Shown here piece after piece: positions 1 to 13,909 of a stretch of DNA of 64,000 nt. The DNA comes from Eledone cirrhosa. Taxonomy: Eukaryota. Location: assembly GCA_964016885.1 (NCBI GenBank), contig OZ024753.1, forward strand, positions 41,850,001 through 41,914,000, read 5' to 3'. The notes below the pieces were generated by a model. The model ran no database searches. It was given only the letters and a program-made list of their open reading frames with translations, and was not told the origin of the DNA. The first letter of the stretch is position 1, and each line of letters starts with the position of its first letter. A program made the position numbers and the translations under genes.

Positions 1-880
1 TAGTAATATATACTTCTATATTTACACAGAGATAGCTAAAGAACTATAGTAATATACACTTCTATATTTACAGAGCTGGCTAAAGAACTATAGTAATATA
101 CACTTCTATATTTAAATAGAGATGGCTAGAGAACTATAGTAATATATACTTCTATATTTACACAGATAGCTAGAGAACTATAGTAATATAGACTTCTATA
201 TTTAAATAGAGATGGCTAGAGAACTATAGCAATATACACTTCTATATTTACACAGAGATGGCTAGAGAACTATAGTAATATACACTTCTATATTTACACA
301 GAGATGGCTAGAGAACTATAGTAATATACACTTCTATATTTACACAGACATAGCTAGAGAACTATAGTAATATACACTTCTATATTTACACAGAGATGGC
401 TAGAGAACTATAGTAATATACACTTCTATATTTACACAGACATAGCTAGAGAACTATAGTAATATACACTTCTATATTTACACAGAGATGGCTAGAGAAC
501 TATAGTAATATACACCTCTATATTTACATAGAGGTGGCTAGACAACTATAGCAATATACACTTCTATATTTACACAGAGATAGCTACAGAACTATAGTAA
601 TATACACTTCTATATTTACATAGAGGTGGCTAGAGAACTATAGTAATATACACTTCTATATTTACACAGAGATGGCTAGAGAACTATAGTTATAAATACT
701 ATAATAATACTTACACAGAACTGGCCAGAAAACTATAGTAATATACACTTCTATACTTACACAGAGATGGCTAGAGAACTATAGTAATATGAAATATAGT
801 AATATTTACACAGAGGTGGTTAGAGAACTATAGTGATATATAATATAATAATACTTACACAGAGCTGGCTAGAAAATTAT
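1..880. repeat. 46-bp minisatellite derived from the ATP6V1E exon-7 donor junction, about 19 copies (runs off the left edge)
   Basis: Unit TAGTAATATACACTTCTATATTTACACAGAGATGGCTAGAGAACTA; the last copy is the exon end itself (ACTTAC|ACAGAGCTGGCTAGAAAATTAT). Confidence 0.9.
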
Positions 881-953
881 CTGTATTGACAGTGACTTTA
901 ACATCTTTCTTTGTTGCAGCTTTGAAGTTTTCCTGACATTGAGGCAAAATTTC
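859..953 (-). CDS. ATP6V1E1: ATP6V1E exon 7 ([31 protein letters not shown])
   Basis: AAG acceptor, GTAAGT donor, 95 nt, open frame continuing exon 6. Confidence 0.88.
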
Positions 954-998
954 CTTAAGATTAAAATAAGAAATAAAGTCGTAGGCAGTTAGAACTTG

Positions 999-1036
<38 letters not shown>

Positions 1037-4000
1037 TTTATAATTTACATTATGACAATAAATAATCAATCATAACTCACCTTCACAAAACTGACATCTT
1101 GTTCACGGCATTTAATAACTACATTGGTTTCAAGAAGTTGGAACAAAGCCTAAAAAAAAAAAAACAGTTTTCAAAACTCAAAATTAGAAATACAACACTC
1201 GTAAAAAATAAGTTTAGAATTTACTTTTTTATTTTGGCAAATAAGGAATTTTACCCTCTTAACCCTTTAGCATTTACATTACTCTATATATACTATTATA
1301 TTTTCACGGTAATGGCTTTACCTCACATAATATCGAATATATGAGATTTTAATATTATTTATTTTGAGAACAATACCTTAACATCAGTGTGAGTGGCCGG
1401 TTTCATTTGGGATCGGATTGGGGATCCGGGATCAGGTCAGATCAGATGAAAACACTCTGTCTAGCTCAGCTTGGTTTGGTTTAGCTCTCTCCACACCACC
1501 AATGTTGTCCAAGGTAAAGGCAAAAGCTGATACAACCTGGCACCAGCTAAGTGGATTATGAGCATTGTGAAAGTAAAGTGTCTTGCCCAAGGATACAACA
1601 CATTGCTTTTGTTGCAGGAATCAAACTCACAACCTCAGTCACAAGCCTACCACCCTAACACCCGAGATTTAGCATTTAAACTGGCCAGAATTCTCTCACC
1701 TCCTTTTGTTCAAACTGGCCATAACCAGCCACTCATACTGAAGTTAAGGTATTGTTCTCAAAATAAATAATGTCAAAATCTCATAGATTTGATATTATAT
1801 GAGATAAATATGCGAGGTAAAGCTTTTACTGTGAAAACACAATAGTAAATATAGAGTAATGTAAATGTTATGTGAGATAAATATGCGAGGTAAAGCTTTT
1901 ACTGTGAAAACACAATAGTAAATATAGAGTAATGTAAATGTTATGTGAGATAAATATGCGAGGTAAAGCTTTTACTGTGAAAACACAATAGTAAATATAG
2001 AGTAATGTAAATGTTATGTGAGATAAATATGCGAGGTAAAGCTTTTACTGTGAAAACACAATAGTAAATATAGAGTAATGTAAATGTTATGTGAGATAAA
2101 TATGCGAGGTAAAGCTTTTACTGTGAAAACACAATAGTAAATATAGAGTAATGTAAATGATATATGAGATAAATATGCGAGGTAAAGCTTTTACTGTGAA
2201 AACACAATAGTATATATAGAGTAATGTAAATGATATATGAGATAAATATGCGAGGTAAAGCTTTTACTGTGAAAACACAATAGTAAATATAGAGTAATGT
2301 AAATGTTATGTGAGATAAATATGCGAGGTAAAGCTTTTACTGTGAAAACACAATAGTAAATATAGAGTAATGTAAATGTTATATGAGATAAATATGCGAG
2401 GTAAAGCTTTTACTGTGAAAACACAATAGTAAATATAGAGTAATGTAAATGTTATGTGAGATAAATATGCGAGGTAAAGCTTTTACTGTGAAAACACAAT
2501 AGTAAATATAGAGTAATGTAAATGTTATATGAGATAAATATGCGAGGTAAAGCCTTTACTGTGAAAACAATAGTAAATATAGAGTAATGTAAATGATATA
2601 TGAGATAAATATGCGAGGTAAAGCTTTTACTGTGAAAACAATAGTAAATATAGAGTAATGTAAATGATATATGAGATAAATATGCGAGGTAAAGCCTTTA
2701 CTGTGAAAACAATAGTAAATATAGAGTAATGTAAATGATATATGAGATAAATATGCGAGGTAAAGCCTTTACTGTGAAAACAATAGTAAATATAGAGTAA
2801 TGTAAATGATATATGAGATAAATATGCGAGGTAAAGCCTTTACTGTGAAAACAATAGTAAATATAGAGTAATGTAAATGATATATGAGATAAATATGCGA
2901 GGTAAAGCCTTTACTGTGAAAACAATAGTAAATATAGAGTAATGTAAATGATATATGAGATAAATATGCGAGGTAAAGCTTTTACTGTGAAAACAATAGT
3001 AAATATAGAGTAATGTAAATGATATATGAGATAAATATGTGAGGTAAAGCCTTTACTGTGAAAACAATAGTAAATATAGAGTAATGTAAATGATATATGA
3101 GATAAATATGCGAGGTAAAGCTTTTACTGTGAAAACAATAGTAAATATAGAGTAATGTAAATGATATATGAGATAAATATGCGAGGTAAAGCTTTTACTG
3201 TGAAAACAATAGTAAATATAGAGTAATGTAAATGATATATGAGATAAATATGCGAGGTAAAGCTTTTACTGTGAAAACAATAGTAAATATAGAGTAATGT
3301 AAATGATATAAGAGATAAATATGCGAGGTAAAGCTTTTACTGTGAAAACAATAGTAAATATAGAGTAATGTAAATGATATATGAGATAAATATGCGAGGT
3401 AAAGCTTTTACTGTGAAAACAATAGTAAATATAGAGTAATGTAAATGATATATGAGATAAATATGCGAGGTAAAGCTTTTACTGTGAAAACAATAGTAAA
3501 TATAGAGTAATGTAAATGATATATGAGATAAATATGCGAGGTAAAGCTTTTACTGTGAAAACAATAGTAAATATAGAGTAATGTAAATGATATATGAGAT
3601 AAATATGCGAGGTAAAGCTTTTACTGTGAAAACAATAGTAAATATAGAGTAATGTAAATGATATATGAGATAAATATGCGAGGTAAAGCCTTTACTGTGA
3701 AAACAATAGTAAATATAGAGTAATGTAAATGATATATGAGATAAATATGCGAGGTAAAGCTTTTACTGTGAAAACAATAGTAAATATAGAGTAATGTAAA
3801 TGATATATGAGATAAATATGTGAGGTAAAGCTTTTACTGTGAAAACACAATAGTAAATATAGAGTAATGTAAATGATATATGAGATAAATATGCGAGGTA
3901 AAGCTTTTACTGTGAAAACACAATAGTATATATAGAGTAATGTAAATGATATATGAGATAAATATGTGAGGTAAAGCTTTTACTGTGAAAACACAATAGT

Positions 4001-7000
4001 AAATATAGAGTAATGTAAATGTTATGTGAGATAAATATGCGAGGTAAAGCCTTTACTGTGAAAACACAATAGTAAATATAGAGTAATGTAAATGATATGT
4101 GAGATATTATGTGAGGTAAAGCTTTTACTGTGAAAACACAATAGTAAATATAGAGTAATGTAAATGTTATGTGAGATAAATATGCGAGGTAAAGCCTTTA
4201 CTGTGAAAACACAATAGTAAATATAGAGTAATGTAAATGTTATGTGAGATAAATATGCGAGGTAAAGCTTTTACTGTGAAAACACAATAGTAAATATAGA
4301 GTAATGTAAATGATATGTGAGATATTATGTGAGGTAAAGCTTTTACTGTGAAAACACAATAGTAAATATAGAGTAATGTAAATGTTATATGAGATAAATA
4401 TGCGAGGTAAAGCTTTTACTGTGAAAACACAATAGTAAATATAGAGTAATGTAAATGTTATGTGAGATAAATATGCGAGGTAAAGCTTTTACTGTGAAAA
4501 CACAATAGTAAATATAGAGTAATGTAAATGATATGTGAGATATTATGTGAGGTAAAGCTTTTACTGTGAAAACACAATAGTAAATATAGAGTAATGTAAA
4601 TGTTATATGAGATAAATATGCGAGGTAAAGCTTTTACTGTGAAAACACAATAGTAAATATAGAGTAATGTAAATGTTATGTGAGATAAATATGCGAGGTA
4701 AAGCTTTTACTGTGAAAACACAATAGTAAATATAGAGTAATGTAAATGATATGTGAGATATTATGTGAGGTAAAGCTTTTACTGTGAAAACACAATAGTA
4801 AATATAGAGTAATGTAAATGTTATATGAGATAAATATGCGAGGTAAAGCTTTTACTGTGAAAACACAATAGTAAATATAGAGTAATGTAAATGTTATGTG
4901 AGATAAATATGCGAGGTAAAGCTTTTACTGTGAAAACACAATAGTAAATATAGAGTAATGTAAATGATATGTGAGATATTATGTGAGGTAAAGCTTTTAC
5001 TGTGAAAACACAATAGTAAATATAGAGTAATGTAAATGTTATATGAGATAAATATGCGAGGTAAAGCTTTTACTGTGAAAACACAATAGTAAATATAGAG
5101 TAATGTAAATGTTATGTGAGATAAATATGCGAGGTAAAGCCTTTACTGTGAAAACACAATAGTAAATATAGAGTAATGTAAATGTTATATGAGATAAATA
5201 TGCGAGGTAAAGCCTTTACTGTGAAAACACAATAGTAAATATAGAGTAATGTAAATGTTATATGAGATAAATATGCGAGGTAAAGCCTTTACTGTGAAAA
5301 CACAATAGTAAATATAGAGTAATGTAAATGATATGTGAGATATTATGTGAGGTAAAGCTTTTACTGTGAAAACACAATAGTAAATATAGAGTAATGTAAA
5401 TGATAAAGGGTTAAGGGATTTGTCATCACAATTTCTCAGGAGTGTGAACCCTGATTAAACCCCCACATACACACATTAAAAGAATTTACCTGGCTAATAA
5501 GTCCTTCAAGAATACTCCTGTAGCGGAATTTATCGTTAGTCACCTGTCCAAGACGACGACGAGCCTCTTCCAATACATCCTAAAAATTATTGAATAAAGT
5601 CTTAATTATAAGAAACAATTATAAAATTAACGAGCAGCAAATGACGACTTCTGCGTATACTCTGTAAAGTGGCTGGTATGAGGATGTCAGAGTAATCCTT
5701 CCTAAATATGGAACATATGAGCAAGGTTTCTCCAGCCAGGTGCCCTACCAAACACTACTACCTCTTTACAGGGTGTACTGGGAACATTCTATCATAGCAC
5801 CAGTACAACCTCTTTACAGGGTGTACTGGGAACATTTAATCATAGCACCAGTACAACCTCTTTACAGGGTGTACTGGGAACATTTAATCATAGCACCAGT
5901 ACAACCTCTTTACAGGGTGTACTGGGAACATTCTATCATAGCACCAGTACAACCTCTTTACAGGGTGTACTGGGAACATTTAATCATAGCACCAGCACAA
6001 CCTCTTTACAGGGTGTACTGGGAACATTTAATCATAGCACCAGCACAACCTCTTTACAGGGTGTACTGGGAACATTCTATCATAGCACCAGCATAACCTC
6101 TTTACAGGGTGTACTGGGAACATTCTATCATAGCACCAGTACAACCTCTTTACAGAGTGTACTGGGAACATTCTATCATAGCACCAGTACAACCTCTTTA
6201 CAGGGTGTACTGGGAACATTCTATCATAGCACCAGCATAACCTCTTTACAGAGTGTACTGGGAACATTCTATCATAACACCAGTACAACCTCTTTACAGG
6301 GTGTACTGGGAACATTCTATCATAGCACCAGTACAACCTCTTTACAGGGTGTACTGGGAACATTCTATCATAGCACCAGTACAACCTCTTTACAGGGTGT
6401 ACTGGGAACATTCTATCATAGCATAGGTACAACCTCTTTACAGGGTGTACTGGGAACATTTAATCATAGCATAGGTACTACCTCTTTACAGGGTGTACTG
6501 GGAACATTTAATCATAGCATAGGTACTACCTCTTTATAGAGTGTACTGGGAGCATTTTATCATGGCACAGGTACTACCATTTTAGAGAGTGTACAGGGTG
6601 CATTTTATCATGGCACAGGTACTGTCATTTTACAGAGTGTAGTGGGAGCATTTGATCATGACACAAGCACTACCTCCTTACAGAGTATACTGGATGAATT
6701 TTATCATGGCACCAATATTCTCAACCACTTTACAGGATATACATGGTGCATTTTATCATAGCACCAACACTACCTCTTTACAGAGTATACTGAATGCATT
6801 TATCACAGCACCAACACTACCTCTTTACAGAGTATACTGAATGCATTTATCACAGCACCAACACTACCTCTTTACAGAGTATACTGAATGCATTTATCAC
6901 AGCACCAACACTAGAGAGGTTGTCAAGTCTAAAAGAAGAGACCTCTCTACCCTAAATTGTTTTGGTTTACATAATAATTGTCATCTGATGATGAAACAAA

Positions 7001-10000
7001 CAAACAAAAAATAGTAACATGATATTTATTTACTTTTATGTGTTCCTCTCGATCTCTGAGGACTTTCAAACGGGCTTGGTTTAACAGATTTGAGTTTTGG
7101 CTGTAGAAATAGAAAACACAATAGTTTCTCATTTAGGCACAAGGCCAGTAATTTGAGTAGAGAGGGGTAGAAAGTCAATTAGATCAACCCTAATGTTTGC
7201 ATGGTATTTTATATATATAGAATGTCTTAGGAAAGAATTGCTGGACAGATTTTACGGTCAAAACCAACCGGTAGAAGACCCAGAGGTAGACCCCCCCGAG
7301 TAAGATGGTTGGATAACATCCATGAGCTTGGCTGGTCTCGCTTGGGAATCCAGCCAGATTAATTGGAGATGGTTGCTTCTTACAGGACCCGCTGGAAGGA
7401 GTGTTTCAGGACTCTGCCCCCACGACCCTCCCAGGATTAAGTGGGTGAAGAAGAAGATCCTAACATTCATCATTTTCATTTCATTTCATTTTACGTCCGC
7501 TTTTCCCTGCTTGCAAGGGTGGGACGGGAATTGATTCTGGCATGATTTCTACAGCTGGATGCCCTTCCTAACACCAACCTCATTTACAGTGAGTGCTGGG
7601 TGCTTTTTTGCCGTGGCACCTCCACGACCACTTTACAGTGGAATGATAGGGACCCCAGTCCCTATCATCTCATTTCTACAGCTGAGTAAACTGGAGCAAT
7701 GTGAAATAAAGTCTCTTGCTCAAGGAAACAACACATCACCCAGTCTGAGAATTGAACTCACAACCTTTCGATTGCAAGGCCAATGCTCTAACCACTAAGC
7801 CATGTGCCTCCATTATACTATTATATATAAGTGGTAAGAAACTCTCAGAAGTAAGTTAAGGGCAGAATTTCTAATACTGCTTTCTTTTTCTGTATATTTG
7901 ACCAATTTATAATAATAATAATAATGAAATTATTGTGTACAGTGCTCAGGTGCACTACAACTCATCAAAGGTGCATGTATAGTACATAGAATAATGTACA
8001 AATGTCAAGGAAGTGAATAGTGTATGAGTCATGATATACATGTGTGCGTGTGTATGGAGGGGGAATATTAGGTGTAGTGTTGGCAAATCTCAGGATATCT
8101 TATATATAGTTATAGCAACAATATATTTCTCCCTTATTTGTAAATTAAAAACAAAACACCACCCTAGCCAGGAATTAAATACTGTCATGTGATCATTAAC
8201 CCAACACTAACAACTAGACCATTCACCTTCACATCAATTAAACTGATAAGAAAAGAAATTTAACCTACATTTTCTTTTGAAGTTCAACTTGTTTTTCTTT
8301 GCGTTCATAATATTCAAGAATCTTTACTCTTTGTTGTTGGACCAGACGACCTTTTTCAATATTAAATTCTTCTTCTGCCTGAAATAACAAATTCAAAATA
8401 CAGAATACATCATCATCATCGTCATCATTATTCTCACCATCACCATCATCATCATCACCATCCCCATCATAATCATCACCACCACCATCAACATCATCAT
8501 CATCACCATCCCCATCATAATCATCACCACCACCATCAACATCATCACCACCACTATCCCCATCATCATCCCCGTCATAATCATCATCATCACCACCATC
8601 ATCATCTTATGTCTGCTTTCCATGCTGCCACAGATTGGAGGGATTGTCGAGATTTATAACATGACATGGTTGGATAACTCCCTAACACCAACCACTTTAC
8701 AGAGTGTACTGGGTACATGTTATCATAGAACCAACACTACCACTTTACAGAGTGTACTGGGTGTATTTTATCATGGCATCAACACTACAACTTTACAGAG
8801 TGTACTGGGTACATGTTATCATAGAACCAACACTACCACTTTGCAGAGTGTACTGGGTACATTTTATGAGAGGAGTGATGGAGATGAATGTGGAAGGCTG
8901 TAGAGGAAGAGGAAGACTAAGAAAGACATGGCTAAAGATGATGGGGAAGGAAATGAAAACCAAGGGGTTGGTGAGTGGAGGGAGGCAGGCTATGGGGAAG
9001 CTTTTTAAGCAGTCTGAAACTGTTGTTGTTGTATTCTGTGACAAGAATATATACTTCTTTCAATAACCCACTACTATAATTACAAGAAATGAATCAAAAT
9101 CATTCCACCTGCGACCATCTGCTCAATATATATGTGAGGTAATTGTGTAAGATTTACCGTGAAAATACAATAGTAAATATAGATTAATGTAAATGCTAAA
9201 GGGTTAATGATCCAGCCACCATATGCTCAGTATATAAGAATTAAATATTTCTTAAGTCAAGCGAAGGTGCATGGCTAAGTGGTAAGAGAATTGGATTTGT
9301 AATCATGAGGTTACAAGTCTAATTCCCGGACCAGGCATTGCGCCCTTCTACCAGGAGTTGCAACTGGTAGATAGTATCTAGAAAGACCAATGGAAACATT
9401 GTTTTCATGGTCCAATTTGACAAGTTCCACCCCACTTGATAAGGAAATGAGGTCTGGGATCCAGTCTATCACCTTCCTTTTCCTCTACCTTTAATCAATA
9501 AAAAGATTTCAAGTTGTTGTTGTTGTTGTAATGTTTATGTTAGTGTTGTTGTTGTATCATTGCAATGTTTAAGTTGTTGTTGCAATCTTTACTAACCTTT
9601 ACATCAATTTCTTCAGCCTTTTCATTTGCCTCTTGTTCTATAAAGGCCATCATATGTTTAATCTAAAGGACAAATACAATTAAAATACAATTAAAAAAAT
9701 ATAATTTTGTTTGAAATTTAATTTATATAATTCCAGTGAAATAGAAATATCAAAAATTGATCAGGGTAAAATTAATTCCTTTATTTACAAAACAATAAAC
9801 CACATGGTTAAAAAGAAATACCGTATTTGCTGGCCTATTGGAAGCCCCTTCGTATAAGACCCCCCCACACACACACACACACACTGGATTTACAAGGACA
9901 TTTCGAGAATAAGAGAATTTTAGTACATTTCTTAATAAATTTATTAAAAATTATTTCATCGTTTTTTTGGCTGGGTTGGTAACAAAAAGAGATACATCCC

Positions 10001-10447
10001 ACCCTCACCCATCTCTCCTTTTTACCTATCTCCCACCTTGATGGCAGTGCCATGAGGGAAGGAATCTGTTGTTCCAATAATGCCATTTCTATTTCTATTC
10101 TCTCTAGATATAATACAAACAGTTGATATAAAGAAGTCTTAAACACAAAACAATGGCTTTGATGATGTAATTACAACAGGTGTTGTTCAGCCAGGGTAAA
10201 TAGGTGATTCAGCCAGGATGAATTGTTGGTTCAGCCAGGGTAAATAGGTGATTCAGCCAGGATGAATTGTTGGTTTAGCCAGGGTAAATAGCAGCTGGTC
10301 ATTTATATAAGAAGTTACATAAGAATGCCAAAGAACTGTCTGAACAGTAACTACTAATGTTTGAAAACTAATAATACAAATAATAGAAAAGATTGCAAGC
10401 AAATTGTACAGCATTAACTAATGACGGCATACTATTGTTATAAAATT

Positions 10448-10503
<56 letters not shown>

Positions 10504-10689
10504 AGGGCGGTGCCCCAGCATGGCCTCAGTCGGATGGCTGGAACAGATAAAAGAGTAAAAGAGTATATATATATATATATATATATAGAAGCCATTTCTA
10601 TATTAAGTATTTATACTCTGCTATGTATTGAGTACCTTACTTACTGTGGTTACCCCCCATTTGAACCCGGAATAAACACACATACATAC

Positions 10690-10727
<38 letters not shown>

Positions 10728-13700
10728 GGGGGGGGGGCGTCAACTTTGTATTTCGTCCTTTCAAGGTCGATAAAAAGAAGTACCAGTCTAATACTAGGGG
10801 TCAGTTCTTCCACACTTCCATTGTCTCATTCTTTATCCTTCTCTAGAAGAAATCTGCTGTACTCAGGCCTGGAGAAGGATGGGCTCTGCTAGGCTTAGAA
10901 TGGCCAAGAAATGCTGTATATCAATAAGGCGTTCCTATGAGTCCCTAACGAGTTACAGGGACCATACCATATATAATTGAAGACACGTGGTTTACTGGTT
11001 AGAGAGTTTGAGTCACAATTGGGAGGTTGTGAGTTCAATTCCTGGACCAGGTGATGTGTTATTTCCTTGAGCAAGACACTTTATTTCACGTTGCTCCTTC
11101 TGCCAGTTGCAACAGGTAGAGAGTATCAGCAATGGAAACATCAGACCAGGTGATGTGTTATTTCCTTGAGCAAGACACTTTATTTCACGTTGCTCCTTCT
11201 GCCAGTTGCAACAGGTAGAGAGTATCAATAATGGAAACATCAATGAGAACATTGTTTCTTTGATTCGATTTGATGACTTCTACCCCACTCAGTAAGCAAA
11301 TGAGGTCTAGCACTTTACAGGGTGTATTTTATCATGGCACCAGCACTACCACTTTACACAGTGTATTAGGTACATTTTATCATGGCACCAACACTACCAC
11401 TTTACACAGTGTATTAGGTACATTTTATCATGGCACCAACACTACCACTTTACACAGTGTATTAGGTACATTTTATCATGGCACCAACACTACCACTTTA
11501 CACAGTGTATTAGGTACATTTTATCATGGCACCAACACTACCACTTTACACAGTGTATTAGGTACATTTTATCATGGCACCAACACTACCACTTTACACA
11601 GTGTATTAGGTACATTTTATCATGGCACCAACACTACCACTTTACACAGTGTATTAGGTACATTTTATGTATGCTTGATATATGCTTGACCAGACAGGAG
11701 AATCCTCTCTACCCAATATAGTATTTACAAAATAAAAAAACACCCACCCACCCCACACACACACCGTTTCTCGCTAACGATTATTAAATCTAAACTGAAT
11801 ATTTTGTAATATCCTCAGCACCTCTTATCATTTAAAAGTTCGACTTTGTCCTGTGGCAACTATTGTATTTCATCTCAGACTATCCTCATTCCATTCTCTA
11901 CATCATACATCAATAAATAAATGATTGCTGCATCTTATTCCTTTACTGGTGTCAGTCATTAAACTGCAGCCATGCTGGAGCACCAGTTTCATTTTGTCGA
12001 TGATATTGACACCAGTAGTTACACTTTCAAGTTTGGTACTTATTTTATCAATCTCTTTTTGTCAAACTGCTAAGTTATGGGACACATACACAAACATAAA
12101 TATAGACACATAGACATACATACACACAAACATATATATCTTCTTTATCATCATCATCATCGTTTTAGCGTCCGTTTTCTCTGCTAGCAAGGGTTGGACG
12201 GGTCTACATAGACCAAGTCAGTACTGATGTGGAGCCACTGATTTCCCAGACAGGCCAGGGATCTGTGTCTCACTTATGTACGGTCTCACATTCTACCAAG
12301 TGTACAGAAGAGTTTCGCATGTCTTTGACACATCTGAGACAAACCACCAACAACTACAATATCTTCGTTGTCAGCGGCCCAGCTCCACTAAACATCTCTC
12401 GTATGCCACAGGTTGAAAAAAAATAGTTAAGAAAAACAAAGAATTTTTCTAATCAACGTCACACATTCAATGGAGTATGTGGTCCACACACCATACTTGG
12501 CTGACCTAACACCTGAGATGGTTGAAAGGAGTTGGATTTCTTGTGTTAAATTTATTCCATGATTAAGCAATTTATACTAATGGTTTCTGATTTAGGCACA
12601 AGACCAATTTTGGAGGAAAGACAAAGTCGATTAAATCAACCCCAGTGCATTACTGGTACTTTATTTTATCGAACCCCGTAAGGATGAAAGGCAAAGCTAA
12701 CCTCGATGGGATTTTGGACTCAGAACATAAAGAGACATAACTCTATGCCGCAAAGCATAGTGTCCGACGCTCTACTGAATAATAATTATTAATATTTGGA
12801 GTTCTCTCCCTTTTTCCCTTTTGAGACGTCATTAAGACTAATGCTTTTTTTTCCATCATGTTTACTTTCAATTAAAAGTTTTTTAGCTTACATTAAATAG
12901 TCCCGCACTTAATTATACATTAATATAGAAGGTTGTGGGTATTAGATTACGAAAAAGTCATTTTAGTCGTTCAAAAACTGTTGGTTTTACATTTATAATT
13001 TAATTCTTGATGTAACATTTTCATCGCATCGTTTGCAACCTGGTTATTGTCGCTGTCCTGTGAATTTTATTAACTGAGTTGCAGTGGGATTGGGTAACAG
13101 CCAAGTCGCAAACAGTGCTACGAAAATGTTAACACCAAGAAATAAATTATAAATGAAGAGTGAAGTTATGTTTTTGTGTCTTTTAATGTCTATAAATGCC
13201 TCTTCCACTCTAGTTTCAACACAGTCACAGATCAAGTCACCTGCCAGACATGTACAACTGTGGCTAAAATGATTCTTACATGATGTAATTGTTTTAGTTT
13301 CAACACAGTCTCAGATCAAGTCATCTACCAGACATATACAACAGTGACTAAGGAGGAAAAGGTCCAAATACTTAAAATAACATCCGACTACATCAAATGA
13401 AAAATTATATATCGACATTTAATAATATCTGATTAAACTATGAGATTTCAATACAATTTTAAATAAACGTGATTAATGAATCAGTCAAATTTATCGAGGC
13501 CAAACAAACAAGTGTTAGAATTCGGGTCAAATCCGGTCGCACCTAGGTCTACTATAGTTTAGAGTTGACCATTGCCTTGAAAGTGGAATTTGGCAGACGA
13601 AAACTACAGGACCTCGTCATATATAGGTGTGTGTGTTTGCGCTTATATTTACTGGTTTCGTCCCGTGATCTAGCGGTTCGACAAATAGAAATCAATAAAA

Positions 13701-13878
13701 TATGTACCAGTCTTGAAAAAAGAAAATTCTAGTATTAATATGATCGATTAAATAATCCCTTGAAAGCAGTGTCCCAGTTTGGTGACAGTCTTATGACCGA
13801 CTGGAGCCAGTAAAAGAATATATAATTCTTCTGTAGCACTGGTTTATTTTATTATCAAACCGACTTCAAATATCACGC

Positions 13879-13909
<31 letters not shown>

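Noticed and set aside
5740-6459. Repetitive ORFs PLYRVYWEH / [10 protein letters not shown]
   Set aside because: Readings of a 48-bp SINE-derived minisatellite in an intron.
7559-7798. Recurrent 79-aa [17 protein letters not shown]... (also 35351 and 56522) as a small gene family
   Set aside because: Antisense reading of a young SINE; identity reflects recent retroposition, not coding constraint.
7735-7812. tRNA-like sequences (also near 9265, 20990, 30010, 60480, 62640)
   Set aside because: SINE heads with A/B boxes but no complete cloverleaf; they run directly into SINE body sequence.
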